A program made the translations under genes and the position numbers. This document shows, piece after piece, positions 41,410-56,540 of a stretch of DNA of 64,000 nt. The stretch comes from the human T2T-CHM13v2.0 reference genome, Homo sapiens. Position 1 is the first letter of the stretch. Each line of letters opens with the position of its first letter. Below the pieces are notes generated by a model. That model searched no databases and was not told where the DNA came from. It saw only the letters and a list, made by a program, of their open reading frames with translations. The DNA is taken from NCBI RefSeq assembly GCF_009914755.1, contig NC_060930.1, one strand, 5' to 3'.

Positions 41410-41914
41410 AAGAAATAGGGGTCCAGTTTTATTCTTCTGTATATAGATAGCCAGCTTTCCCAGCAGTATTTATTGAGTAGGGTATCCTTTCCCCATTGTT
41501 TATTTTTGTTGACTTTGTTGAAGATCAGGTGTGTGGCTTTATTTCTGGGTTCTCTATTCTGCTCCATTGATCTATGTGTCTATTTTTGTACCAGTAGCAT
41601 GCTGTTTTGGTTACATTAGACTTGTAGTGTAGTTTGAAGTCAGGTTATGTAATGCTTGCAAGTTTATTCTTTTTGCTTAGGATTGCTTTGGCTATTTAGG
41701 CTCTTATGGGTTCCATATGAATTTTATAATTGTTTTTTCTAATTCTGTGAAATATAACATTGGTAATTTGATGGGAAGTTGCATTGACTTTCTAGATTGC
41801 TTTGGGCAGTATAGTCATTTTAATGACATTGATTCTTCCTGCCCATGAGCAAGGGATGTTTTTCCATCTGTTTGTGTCATCTACAGTTTCATTGTTTTAT
41901 AATTCTCCTTTGTA

Positions 41915-42040
41915 TTTCACCATCTTAAATGTATTCCTAGATAGTTTATGTTTTTGTATGGCTATTGTAAATGGGATTTTCACCATCTTAAATGTATTCC
42001 TAGATAGTCTATGTTTTTTTATGGCTATTGTAAATGAGAT
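41915..42040. repeat. 63-bp tandem duplication inside L1 ORF2
   Basis: tttcaccatcttaaatgtattcctagatagt... repeated at 41915 and 41978. Confidence 0.9.
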
Positions 42041-42831
42041 TGAGTTTTTTATTTGGTTTTCTGCTTGACCATTGTTGGTGTATAGAAATGCAACTGATTA
42101 TGGTGTGTTAATTTTGTATCCTGAGACTTTAGCAAAGTTATTGATTAGGTCCAGGAGTCTTTTGGAGGAATCATTTGGGTTTTTTAAATGTAAGATTATG
42201 TCCTCAGTGAATAGAGATAATTTGACTTCCACTTTTCCGATTTGGATGCCTTTAATTTCTTTCTCCTGCCTGATTGCTCTGGCTAGAACTTCCATTACTA
42301 TGTTGAATAGGAGTGGTGAAAGTGCACATCCTTGTCTTGGTCCAGTTCTTAAAGGAAATGCTTTCAATTTTTCCCTGTAAGTATGATGTTGGCTGTGGCT
42401 TTGTCAAATATGGTTCTTAGTATTTTCAGTTATGTTCCTTTAATGCCTAGTTTATTTATAATTTTTATCATGAAGAGATGTTGGATTTTATTGCATGTTT
42501 TTTCTGCATATTGAGATGATCATGTGATTTTTGTTTTTAATTCTGTTTATGTGGTGAATCACATTTATTGATTTGCATATGTTGAACCATCCTTGTGTTC
42601 CCAGAATAAAACCCACTTGATCGTGATGAATTATCTTTTTGATGTGCTGTTGGATTCAGTTTGCTAGTATTTTGTTGAGGACTTTTGCATCTACGTTCAT
42701 CAGGGATATTGGCCCATAGTTTTCTGTTTTTGTGTTATCCTTGCTGGATCTTGTTATTAGCATGATACTAGTTTCATAGAATGAGTTTAGGAGGAATTCC
42801 TCCTCCTCAATTTAAAAAATATGTATTTTTA

Positions 42832-43270
<439 letters not shown>

Positions 43271-44832
43271 TTATTACTGATTCAATTTTATAATTTGTTG
43301 TTATTGGTCTGTTCAGGATTTTAATTTCCCCCTGGTTCAATCTGGGAGGTTGTATGTTTCTGGAAATTTATTTGTTTCCTCTAAGTTTTCTAGTTTGTAT
43401 GCATAGAGATGTTCATAGTAGTTTCTGATGATGTTTCGTATTTCTGTGGTATCAATTTTAATGTTATCTTTATCATTTCTGATTGTGCTTATTTGAGTCC
43501 TCTTTTTTTCTTGTTTAATCTAGTTAGTAGTCTATCAATTTTTGTTTATCTTCTTAAACAACCAACTTTTGGCTTTGTTGATCCCTTGTGTGATATTTTA
43601 GTCTCAATTGTATTTAGTTCTGCTCTGATCTTTATTTCTTTACTTCTGCTAGTTTTGGGTTTGGTTCGTTCTTGTTTTTCTAGTTTGTTAGGTACATCAT
43701 TTGGTTGCGAATTTGAGATCTATCTTTTTGATTTATGAATTTAGTACTATGAACTTTCCTCTTAACACTGCTTTTGCTGTATCCTAGATTTGATATGTTA
43801 CATGTCTATATTCATTTCCAATTCTTTTTTATTTCGGCCTCAATTTTGTTAAAGTCATTCAAGAGCAAGTTGTTTGGTTTCCATTTACGTATGTGGTTTT
43901 GAGAGTTCCTTTCAGCATTCATTTCTAATTTTATTCTGCTATATTCTGAGAGGATACCTGATATTATTTTGATTTTTAAAAATCTATTGAAATGTGCTTT
44001 GTGACCAAGCATATTGTCAATTTTAAAGAAAGTTCCATGCACAGATGAGAAAAATGTATATTCTTTGGTTGTTGGGTGGAATGTTCTTTAGGTGTCTATC
44101 CATTTGGCAGAGCCCGTTTTAAGTCAAGTTTCTTTGATAGTTTTCTCCTTCAGTGATCTGTTTGGTGTTTTCTCTGGGATGTCGAAGTTTCCCACTATTA
44201 TTGTATGGCTTTTTATTTTATTTTCTTAGGTGTAGTAGTACTTTTATAAATCTGGGTGCTCTGGTGTTGGGTAATGTATATATTTAGGATAGTTAAATCT
44301 TCTTATTGAGTTGAAGTCTTTATCATGTATCATACCCTTCTTTGTCTTTTTTTACTCTTGTTGGTTTAAAGTCTATTTTATCTGACATAAGAATAGCAAC
44401 CCCTGGTCTTTTTTGTTCCCCATTTGCATGATATATCTTTCTCCACCCCTTTACTTTGAGCTTGTGTATGTCTTTATACATTATGTGGGTCTCTTTTAGG
44501 CAGCAGATGGTTGAATCTTGTTTTTCTTACCCAATTTGCTAATCTATCTCTTTCAAGTATTTATGTTCAAGGTTAATATGCATATGTGAGGTTTTGTTCC
44601 TTGCCTAATATTGTTAGCTAGTTGCTTTGTAGCCTCAATTATGTAATTATTTTATAGGATGTGTGAACTTTGTACTTACGTGTGCTTTTGTGGTAGCAAG
44701 TATCATCTTTCTGTTTCCTTTTAGCATTTTTGGTGTACTGGTCTAGTGGTGACAAATTTCCTTAGCATTTGTTTGTTTGGGAAATACTTTATTTCTGCTT
44801 CATTTATGAAGCTTAGTTTAAAAAGATACACG

Positions 44833-45120
<288 letters not shown>

Positions 45121-47160
45121 TTATTGGCTGGCATTATTTTTCTTTAAGAAGTCTAAAACTAGATCCCTGTCTCTTCTGGCTTGTCAGTTTCTGCTAAGAA
45201 ATCTGCTGTTAGTCTGATAGGATTTCCTTTATAGGTGATTTGATCCTTTTTTCTAGTGGCGTTTAAGATTTTTTCTTTAGCATTGACCTTGGATAGTCTG
45301 ATAACTATATACCTTGGTGATGTTCACCTTATATCATATCTCACTGGTGTTCTGGATTTCTTCCACATGGATTTCTATATCTCTAACAAGATCAGGGAAA
45401 TTTTCCTGAATTCTTTCTACCAATATGTTTTCCAAATTGCTTACTTTTTCTTCTTCTTTCTCAGGAATACCTATAAATTATATATTTGGTGACTTCACAT
45501 AGTCCTGTATTTTTAAAAGGATTTGTTCATTTTTTAAAATTCTCTTTTCTATTTTTGTCTGACTGGGTTAATTCGAAAAATGCCTCTCCTACATCCACAA
45601 CAGTGGACTGAGGGAGCAGGAGATGACCCCCCTCTACATCTGTTACCAACCACCAGTACCACCCCATTCAGTGATCAGTTTGTACCTGCATTTCCTTTGT
45701 CCCAAGGGGGTTCTTAGTGGGCCGCACTTCCCCCTCTTCTAGGGGCAGCCTGTGCTTAGGGCTGAATGTCTGGAAATCCCACAGCTCCCCAGGGACCTGC
45801 TGGTCCCCTGTGGTTGTCAAGTCAGAGCAGGTTCTGGGCTATGTTTGCAGGGTACTGGTGATTGCAACAACTTGGGCTGAGATTCCCCATGCAGGGTAGT
45901 AGCCCACAATGAATGCACAACCAGTATGGTGTCTGTCCTCTCAGCTCAGGCTTGAGGGGAGTGAGGGGATACCTGCACAAACTAGCCACTCTGTGCTCTG
46001 TCCCCAGGAAGATCCTAAATCCGCACTGACAGCATTGCCTGGGGTCATGAAGGTAGAAAGGCTCCCTGACAATTTGGCAGTCAGCAGCTTATTGCAGGGG
46101 TGAAGGGAGAAGAGAAGCACCCCAACCTACCCTTCAGGCGGGATTCAGAGGTTCTCGGGAGTCAATCTCTGCGAGACTCTTGCTGCTTTCCTTTTCTGCA
46201 ACCCCACATCAACCAGTGGGGTCTCCAACAGATCCTGGCTATCTTCCCTAAGCTTTCCATTCAGATCATGACCATTCATCTATGTCTTTGATCTTCTCTC
46301 TGAGGATAACTGACATCCAAAATCCCTAGTCAGCCATCCAGATTCCTCCTAACCAACAATTTTGATACATGGTGGTTGGATATTCAGTTCTAATTAAAAA
46401 CATAAAGGAATGGATCAACCAATCTTCAACAAAGGTGCTAAGAAATCACAATGGAAGAAGGATTTTGTCTTCTGTAAATGGTATTGGGAATAGTGGATAT
46501 TTGACTAGTAATTGTGATGAATTGCTAGAGGCTGAGTGTTGGGCCATCAGAGAGTGAGAAACTCCTGGCATCGATCTCCATTTACCCAGTTTCCCAGATA
46601 TTTCCCTTGAGGTTTTCACTGCTGACATCCTTTTCTACATGCTGATAAAAAACACTCTTAAAACCAAGTCAGTAGTGTATTTCAAAAGTTAATTCAGTTA
46701 TTTATCTAAATCCATGAGAAATTTCTACTAAAGTTTCAGAGACTTTTCATCTTTTATCTAGTAGTTACTTAAATTATGTAAGAGATAAAAATGGTTCCCT
46801 GATGTAAACTTCATCACAGTGGTTTCTATTTAAAGACGAAAGGACTGAAATTCTGAAATGTCTGGAATCTGACCTTGAAATGAGAATAATTTTTTGTTAT
46901 TCAGAATTGAGCCAAAGAATTGAGCCAAGGAAGTATCTTGCCTTCCTTTCTTGTCTTTATTAATTGTTTTGGGGAGCCTACTCTGTACAGAGTTGCATAT
47001 TAGGCCTACTATAGGACTTATAAAGATGGTTTATAAATTTTTGCCCCCAAGAAAATTAAATCACACTTAAAACTATTCAGAGCATGTGATATCCGTAGAA
47101 TTATCTTTTATCACTGATGATTTGTATATGTTCAACCAAATGCATCAGATATAAAAGTGA

Positions 47161-47512
<352 letters not shown>

Positions 47513-47790
47513 CACATAGAACTTTCTAAGGCAAAAAATATGCATCATTTTGATACCAGTTATTTGTACTGATTTCATTTGATAAAATTGCAATATTTTA
47601 TAAATTGACAGGCATTTTTTACTTCCTTCTTTTCTTACCCTTCTACCCTTCGTTAGTTTTTAATTTGTTTGAATTGTTCATAGGCAATGTTTCGGCTCAG
47701 TGACTTGGGAAGTAGAGCTTTCCTAGAAAAGTCAATGCCCATGGCCGTTGTTGGATAATTACGTTGCATAGCCCTCAAGTTGTTATGAAT

Positions 47791-47846
47791 AGATATGATT
47801 GTTTAGCTCAAATGAAGTGTAACATTAGAGCTAAACAATCATATCT
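47791..47846. repeat. Perfect 19-bp inverted repeat (hairpin/cruciform)
   Basis: AGATATGATTGTTTAGCTC (47791-47809) / GAGCTAAACAATCATATCT (47828-47846). Confidence 0.95.
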
Positions 47847-47864
47847 GTGTATTGGATGTTGATT

Positions 47865-49320
47865 TTCTGAAAATTTTTTTATTTCACTTTCATTCTTAGA
47901 GAATATTTTTAATGGAGGTCTAGGTTAATGGTTATTTTCTGCACTATAGTCTAGTTTCTATTGTTTATGTTGAAAATTCAGTTATCAGTATAATTGTTCT
48001 TTAAAGGATAATCTGTTTTGCTGAGATTACTAATTTCTCTTTGTCTTTGGTTTTTCATCTTCGATTTATGATGTACCTGGTGTCTTTTTTTTTTTTTTTT
48101 TTTAAATTCTCCTTGGAGGGCTTCTCAGATATTCACTTAACACCATTGGTTTGTTTTGGAAAATTCTGAGCCATTATCTCTAAAAATATTGTTCTGCTCC
48201 TTTTCTCTTTTCTCTCTTTCTGGGATTTCAGTTATTCATATTTTAGAAGATATTTTTACTATCATTTATGATCTTTCACCTTCTCTCTTTTCTTGTCTGC
48301 CTTTTGTTCTGTTTTCTTTTAATCTCATTTCTAACCATTTTTCTAATTCTCTCTTCAGTTGCGTCTAATCTGCTTATAAACCTATCCATTGAGCTTTTAA
48401 TTTTGATTACTGTATTTTTCAGTTCTAGAATTCCATTTAGTTCTTTTTCTATTTTTCAATTCTCTGACAAAATCTTGATTTTATTTTAGAGCTTCCTGAA
48501 TTTATTATTTATAGTTTTCAAGTCTGTCTTTATACCATAGGAGCTTCTGTGGATCTGGTTCAGTCTGTCTTCATGCCATAGGAGCTGCTGTGGATCTGGT
48601 TCTGTCGTGTATTTTCCCCCTTTTTTTGATTGTTTGTTTTGTTTTTATATTATATTGTCTCCTTGAGTATCTGATAATTTTTTATTGATACTAGCTATTG
48701 TTTTTTTTAATTTTATAGAAAAATGTTGAGGTCTGGATTACTTTCTACAGAGAGTACTTTTCTACAGAGAAAAATGTTGAGGTCTAGGATAACTTTCTAC
48801 AGGGAGAACTTATGTTTGCTTCTGGCAGGCAGCTAGGGCTCTAGCACTCCTGGATCACCTGTCATCAATTTTTAGAGATTGAGGTGATGTGAAGTTGTGC
48901 TTCAGGCCATTGAGAGCTGTATTATATCTGGTTCGTACTTCTTTCTGTAGTATAGCCTTTTGGGTCAACCTGGAGAGCTCATTAACTTCTAATAAACCCT
49001 GGAGAGTTTATTAGCCTCTACCTAACCTTGGCAGGCACTGGCCTCCATTTTTTGTCCTCCAAGCCTCTTGAAGATTGCGACTTCTTAGGCTCTCCTTTAC
49101 TTTTCTTGAAGTTGGTGTTACTGCTAATTCCAGGCAGAAGCCCCAGATTCCAAGCTCAGCTTTCTGGGTTTCTCTTTTCCTCAGCTTCTCAACTTGACCT
49201 CTTAAATCTTCATTGACATTTTGGTTCTTCAGTGCTGTTAAGCAGGTATTTTTTAAAGTTTGTTTAACTTTTCTAGTTATCCTCAGTTAGACAATTTGTT
49301 CAAATGGCATAGTTCTCCAC
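47865..49320 (-). mobile_element. Ancient L1M 5'/ORF1-region remnant with local duplications
   Basis: ttttggaaaattctgagccattatctct; ttttcagttctagaattcc motifs. Boundaries are approximate. Confidence 0.6.
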
Positions 49321-49554
49321 TGTCAGAAGCAAGAGACCAATTTCCACAACATTTAAAAAATGAAAACATGTTATAGTTTCCAGTTTATGACTGTTACAAT
49401 ATTTTGTGTCTATGCTTACTATATTGCCACTTCTGTAAGTTCAGTAAGCATAGTGATTAGCCAGAATATCATGATAGGTGCCGTAAGTTCTGTATGAAAG
49501 ACTATATGGTAGGAAAATATATATCTTAACAAGCCTTTTGAGGATTTTAGCTAT

Positions 49555-50235
49555 TCATTTTGCATACTGATCAACTATATGCAGCATTGCATGAGCTCTT
49601 TAGGTATGGGGTAGCCTGTAGTACCTGCTATCTGCTAAGCTTTATTTTTTATTGAGAAATTTTAACAAATGGATAAAACATGAGGAATGAAGAGTTCTAT
49701 TTTGGACCTCTTGGGTTTGAGATACCCATGTGATGTCCTAGAGGAGATGTGTGGACAATTGGACAGACATTTGGAGTTCAGAGGATTATCAATAAAAACC
49801 TATTGATTGAAAGTGTGTATAGATGATATTTATGAAAGGAAGAAAAACTCAGATTGAGCAAGTGATAATCCAGCATTTATAGTTCTTAGGGCAGAAGAGG
49901 AGTTGAGAAGAAAGGTAGATAAGGAAGAAAGGAAAACAACAGAAATAGGGGAGAGGGGTTTCCTAGAACTAACAAAGAGAATTAGTCACCTGTTGAGCCA
50001 TTGGGTAATAGAAAGACAGTTAATTGGCCATGGGATTAGCAATATGGAGCCATAAGCGACATTGTCCATAGCTAATCCCTCTTTTCTTCAGTAGGAAGAC
50101 AAGTTTAGAAGGATAAGGGGAAATTAGGAAGTGGATATGGCCAGTGTCTTTATATATAAACATTCTGTCGGTTTTGCTGTGAAGTGGAGAGACAAAAGGA
50201 GTCATAGCTAGGGGATGATATGGAATGAAAGGAGA
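49555..50235 (-). mobile_element. L2 fragment
   Basis: gagttctattttggac...tttgagataccc...tggagttcagagga. Confidence 0.6.
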
Positions 50236-50334
50236 TTATCTTGTGTCCCCACCAGTGATTGGGGGGTGTGACCTGATTAAGAAGATAATTGTGGTGTATA
50301 TATGTACTTTTTTTTTAATTCAAAAGAAAGGGTT

Positions 50335-50575
50335 CATAGAGTACAGACTTAAGTTAAACTGAATTCGAAGTCTATTCTGCCACGTAGTTGGTGTGCTTGT
50401 AGGCAGATTATCTAGCCACCATTTATTTTTTCCAACAGGGAAAGTACCAGGTTCATAGCCACCATTTTCTCATAGAAATGGTTCCTGTTTAAGGGCTTTT
50501 GTGGATATATAACTAAATCAGAAGTGTACGTAAAGTACCTGACTCATAATAAGTAATCAGTGCACCTTAGCTGTT
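50335..50575 (+). mobile_element. MIR
   Basis: gaattcgaagtctattctgccac...taaagtacctgactcataataagtaatcagt. Confidence 0.55.
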
Positions 50576-50654
50576 GGGTTTGTTTGTTTTAGTCACTTTT
50601 AAATTCTAAATAGGGTATATGTTCAGAAACTATTAAGAACTGTTTGTGGATAAA

Positions 50655-51162
50655 GCCATGTTTCTTAGCATAGCATACATAGCCCTGGCTGTTGCTGTAC
50701 CTCCCTACCCCAAAATTCAGCCTTAGCAAACTGCTTGCTTGCTGGTACTAGGAAATACCTCTGAAATCAACTGAAAATACTGCATAGTACCTTCAGTTGA
50801 TCACCTTAGAAGATCTTGCAGTTCTCACTCCCACCTGCCGTGTAGCCTATCCTCATTATCTGTCAGGGCCAACTTATCTTTCAAACTGCAGCTTAAGGTC
50901 ACCTCCTCCCTTAAGGCTTTTCCTGACATCTAGCCTGTCAAACCTCATTCTGTATTTGACCTGCCCATTCCTCCTCTGTGGTCTCATTTTATTTAGCCTG
51001 TTACCACCCTACCACGCCTCTTCATTGGACTTAATGATTCACACATCTCTCTGTTTTTACTGGCCTGTAATATCCTTAGAAGTCATCTTTTTTTTTTAAA
51101 TCCCCAACATAGCACTTGATCCATAGTAGGTGTTCCATAAGTGATTGTTGAATAAATGAATA
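50655..51162 (+). mobile_element. L2 3' end
   Basis: Ends catagtaggtgttccataagtgattgttgaataaatgaat. Confidence 0.65.
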
Positions 51163-52318
51163 TATGTAAGGTTAAATGACCCACTTATATTATTGTCACC
51201 ACTACCTTTTACATATTTTAATGTTTTAATCACTTAACTTATTTTTTAATTGCCAAGATTATTATTTTACGAAGAATACACATTATAAAATCAAATAAAT
51301 ATGTGGTTTTTGCTTTGACTAGAAAAGCATTATTTTGTGGATTTTGAGACCAGGAATTATAAATAGACACTGTTCTAAAAGGCCATTTGTAATCTATTTG
51401 TCAGAAATTTGGAATATACTTTATAAAAAAAGCCAGGCTGTGCAAGTGTTAGTGGTGGTAAAGATGATTATTATCATCGTAATAATAATCAGATTTCAGA
51501 CTGGTACTTACAAAAGACTTGTTTAAACCATATGTCATATAACTTGAGAGCCTACCTTTTTGGGGGGACTAAGAATAGGGCAATAATGTGGTTTAGGTAG
51601 GAAAAGCAGGAAGACAGTGTATTCTATATTTGACTTGGCTGAATTCTCTCTTTGGTATCCCCTATACTTTTCTCTGCTGTTTCTATTCTACTTTTGAATT
51701 TAAAGATTATTCCAGAATACTGAGTTTTTACGGTTTTCTCCCATGGTAAGAACAGTGGAGCTGTGTTGAGCAATTGGGGTACAGAGAGAAGCCTTGGTAC
51801 AACCATTTGCATAAATGTGCAATTTGTAAATTTAGTGTTTTGATATTAAAGAGGTACTTAAACAGTTGTCTTTAAATTTGTTTTCTATATACAGGGAAGT
51901 TTAAGTCCGAGAGTGAGAGAGTTTTCTGACCTGCTTTGCTTAGTGGATAGGATTTTATTGATGGATAGCCAGCTGTATGACAGCCGCCACATCTTAAAAG
52001 AGAAATTATGTTGTAGAAAGATTAAGAGGAAGGTAGAGAAAACACTCTCACTTCCATCCACACATCTATGGTTTCAGTGTTTTTTCCATCTGTAAGTCAA
52101 GATGACTGAAGTAGTTGAGCATTTCCTAACCTGTTGTAAATTTGTAAACCCTTTCCTAAGTGATACAATCTCATGATTTCCTCATAGAAAGATTGAAAAT
52201 TATTTTTTTCACTTTTACATAGTATATAATAAGTGGTTTTAAGTTTAAGGTTATATTAGATAAGTATATTATTAAAGATTGGATTGTCAAGTTCATTTTA
52301 GTATAACCCCTTAGTAAC

Positions 52319-52620
52319 TTTTTTTTTTTTTTTTTTTTTTGAGATAGAGTCTCGCTCTGTTGCCCAGGCTGGAGTGCAGTGCCACAATCTTGGCTCGCTG
52401 CAACCTCTACCTCCCGGGTTCAGGCAATTCTCCTGCCTCAGCTTGCTGAGTAGGTAGGACTACAGGCGCACGCCACCACGCCCAGCCAATTTTTCTATTT
52501 TGAGTAGAGACAGGGTTTCACCATGTTGGCCAGGATGGTCTCGATCTCCTGACCCCCTGATCCACCCACTTCAGCCTCCCAAAGTGCTGGGATTACAGGT
52601 GTGAGCCACCGCGCCAGGCC
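52319..52620 (-). mobile_element. AluS
   Basis: Reverse Alu with T22 tail. TSD CCTTAGTAAC. Confidence 0.95.
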
Positions 52621-53669
52621 ACACCTTAGTAACATATATACTTTGTAAGGAAATTGTTTATGTTTTCTCTGTATAGCAGATAACATATATTATTTAATTA
52701 CATAAGAAAAGATTATTTCCTGAGAAATTTTAAAGTATTTATTATATTTCTTTATGTACTCAGGCATCAAAAATAGTCAAAACTCTTTTCACATCTGGAT
52801 GTTTGGAATTCTTGAAATTTGACCTTTAGGAAAATCTACTCTCCTTGTTTTTATTTGGTTTCCAAATGATGAGGTAAGATAGGATGTTTCAGGATTCTTT
52901 TTGCAGGCACTTTTCTACAGTTTCACATTGCAGGTGTGGATAACCAATTAGGATAAAATTATATTTATATCTTGAGATATCTTAATTTTTTTACATAAGA
53001 AATTTGATCAGAGGAATACAATTCACAGATATTATTTTGGAGAGAACCTATGGAATTGTCATTTTTATGTTCTTCTATAACTTTTAAAGTTCAAAATTTG
53101 TGGTGATCCATTATGGAGATAAATTAAACACAATATACTAAAAATGATAGCTAAAAACATTGTATGTGTCTAAACCACAGCCCCTGGCAGTGTTCATCTA
53201 AAGTGTAAACTATAACTGTGTCAGTGGCTACTCCTTACCACTCAACTTGAAATACACATGGAGCTGCTCCACGTTTTATTTTTAAGAGTTGCAAAATTTA
53301 AAACTTAGAAAAATATGATTAAAAAATAAATTAGAACATTTACTCTTTAACAATCTGAAGTTGAAATACCTTCTCCCATCTGGGGTGGGAAAACACTGAC
53401 GGTTCCTTCCAGCTGTGTGATTTTTGGACAGCAGAACAGAATCCTCCAATGGTGTAATGAGAGAGGTAGGCAGCCTGTCAGTCCCTTTAGAGCAGAGAGC
53501 TTCATTCACTTCATGTAGAGGGTTCCCGCTTTGAGCAACAGCAACACTAAAGCTGAGCGAGGGCGAGTGTGCTCCTCAGGGTATGAGGAGCTGTGGACTG
53601 TGGTAAAAATCAGACCCAGCTCAGAAAATTTCCTTGGGCTCCTCTTTTCCTGCACATATTATTTTTGTA

Positions 53670-54350
53670 ATTTATTTATTTATTTTTTTGGTTGTCTTAT
53701 ACACTTTGTTTTGGAATAATCCCTAAATGTATAGAAAAATGATAAAGACAATATAGAGTGATCCTGAATATCACCCTGATGTTCACATCTTACATTATTA
53801 TGGTACCTTTGTCACATCTAAGAAACCAACATTGGCACATTCCTATTAACTAACCACAAGACTTCATTTAGCTTCTACCAGTTTTTATACTAATGTCCTT
53901 TTCCTGTCCCATAATCCCATTCAGGATACCACATTGCATTTAATCATCACATTCAATTAGTCTTTTCTGGTCTGTGACAATTTCTCACTTGGAGTGCTAG
54001 CCACGTATTTTATAAAATGCCCCTCCATTTGGCTTTTGTCTGATGGTTTTCCATGACTAGACTGCAGTTGTGGTTCACTTCACAGAAGTGAAGAACTAGT
54101 TTTATCACATCATATGAGGGGTACATGCTGTCAACATGACATCACTGCTAATATTAACCTTGATTACCTGACCAACATAGCATTTGCCATGTTTCTCTAC
54201 TGTAAAGTTACTCTTATTCCCCTTTGCATACTCCGTTTTTTGAAAGCAAGTCACTAAGTCCAGCCCACTCTCAAGAGTGAGGGGTAGGTGTTAAATTCCC
54301 CTGCCTGAAGTAGAAAAAAATATACTTATTTGGAAATCTTCCGTAAGAAA
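53670..54350 (-). mobile_element. L1MC-type (MER42-like) 3' end
   Basis: aagaaaccaacattggcacattcctattaactaa...tttctctactgtaaagttact. Confidence 0.65.
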
Positions 54351-55084
54351 TATCATAGACATACCATTTTGACCTTACTAATAGGTCTGTTCAGCAGTGT
54401 TAATTCTTCCCCTCACTCCTGAAGGAAAAGACGATATGCATGATTAATGAAATAACCAACTTAAATTATGCTCATAACTAGATTAAATGTATTTTTCACC
54501 ACTGAATATAAAATTTAGAGTGCCAATGTTAAGTGAATAAAATATTTCCTATTCGTGTTTTGTTTCATGATAAAAGTAATGAAAAAGAAAAACTTGTGTG
54601 AAGATTAGGTAGAATAGAGAATTCAGGCATTTTCCCTTTACTATTTTCAATAAGATTTTTTAAAGACATCTTCGATTTTTATACAGGTACTTGTTTTCTC
54701 TCCTTTCTAGCTCTCATAACTTTTCTGAATTTGTATTTTGCTTTCATCATACTCCATTTTGAAGGACTCAGTCTACAATTCTACCACTTGCTTTGCAATC
54801 CACTGGTACCATAAAGCATGGCTAATTCAACCTAATGGGATTATTAATAGTTCCCTACAAACACTACATAAGCCATTTTAGGATAGCAAGGGTTTCTTGT
54901 AGTATTAAAGATACATCTAAAAAGTCATGTTTTATAATAAACCATTTTGTCTCCTTTTCTTAAGGATTAGGTTATTGAATGACCATAATAATCATTAGTA
55001 AAGGATATAGAATATTTCCATGAACAGGATTATCTACTCATTGTTTTAAAAATTAAGGAATTAGGCTTATTAACTTCAGAAATT

Positions 55085-56540
55085 TAATTTTCTTGAGATA
55101 TAATTTATATACAATAAAATATGTATATTTTGTATAGAGTTTGATGCATTCTGACTCATATATACATTTGTATAATTGCCATTCCAATCAGGATACAGAG
55201 CATTTCCAGGAAGTTTCTTTGGAGGCAGTCCTCCCCATCTCTACCTCCCACCCAAGAAAACTAATGATCTGATTTCTGACACTATAGGTTAGTTTTAGAA
55301 AGGCAGTTATTTTATATTACTCACATTTTTTCTCTCTAGCTACCTTCATGATTTCCCTTTTATATTTCCTTTTTAATAGTTTGACTATGATGTGGTAGAT
55401 TTTGAAGTAGGCGGAGTATTTATCTCACTGAACTTATTGGATCTGTGTTTGATATCCTTCATTATTTTTTGAAAAATTATTGGTCATTATCTCTTCAAAT
55501 ATTTCTTCTGCTCCATTGTCTCTCCTCTTTCTCTGGGACCCCAATTATGAGTATGTTGGACCATTTGATAATGTCTTACAGTTTGTGGATGCCCTGTTCC
55601 TTCTCCCCCGACACAGTTTTTTTCTCTTTGTGTTTCAGTTTAGGTAAATTCTATTGACTACTGTTCAAGTTCAGTGATATTTCCTTAGTTATGTCAGAAG
55701 CTGATGAACACACCAAAGTAATCTTCCTCATCTCAGATACTGTCTTTTAAAACTTTTAATATTTCCATAGTTTTAATTGATCTACTGAAATATCCTATCT
55801 ACCCATTAATGTTGTTTATCCTTTTCACTAGATCCTTTAACAGTTCAATCTTAGTCATTTTTAAGTCCCTGTCTGATAATTCCAATGTATGAATCATCTG
55901 TGAGTCTGTGTCTATTGATTAACTTGTCTTTTAGCGCTGGGTTGTTTGGGGGCTTCTTGTTTGTTTGTTTGTTTTGTATATGAGATTTATAATTTTTGAT
56001 TGAATGCTGGACATTGTGTGAACATTAGGCACTGAGGCAAACAGTATTTACACCTCAAAATGGACTTGCCTCTTCTACTACGCTGTAATTGTGTGAGGTT
56101 GAATCAGTCTAGTCAGCAGCTTAGCTGGATTTGGGTTTTGCTACCTATGGTAGACCATAGGCTTCAAATTCTTCTAGTGCTAGAGTGTTGTTGCCTAGTG
56201 CTTAGGGATGCTGTGCTGGCTAAGTTTTCCTCAGGATTACTGCTCCAGCTAATGTTTCAGCTGTCCCTGCATGCATGTACCACAGAGAGGGTATAGCACC
56301 ACACTCTTGCTCTTCCCCTAGCAGAAGACTGCTGTTGCTTAGCATTATGTGGTTTGCTTCTGTTGGGCCTGGAGGCAGGGTATAGTTCTCTGTTCTGGCT
56401 CAGTCTCAGCCTTAGAGAAGCCATGTACACCAGGGTCTTGGGGATATTTTCTGCTTTACTGGTTCTCCTCCCTGTGACAGTTGAATACTGCCTTTACTTG
56501 CAGCTGACATTAGCAGAAGTTTTCTGCCCCTCTTAGAGCA
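55085..56540 (-). mobile_element. Composite old L1M fragments (3' end at 55085-55300, then a 5'/ORF1 region)
   Basis: ttgagatataatttatatacaataaaat; ccattatctcttcaaatatttcttctgc-like motifs. Confidence 0.55.
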
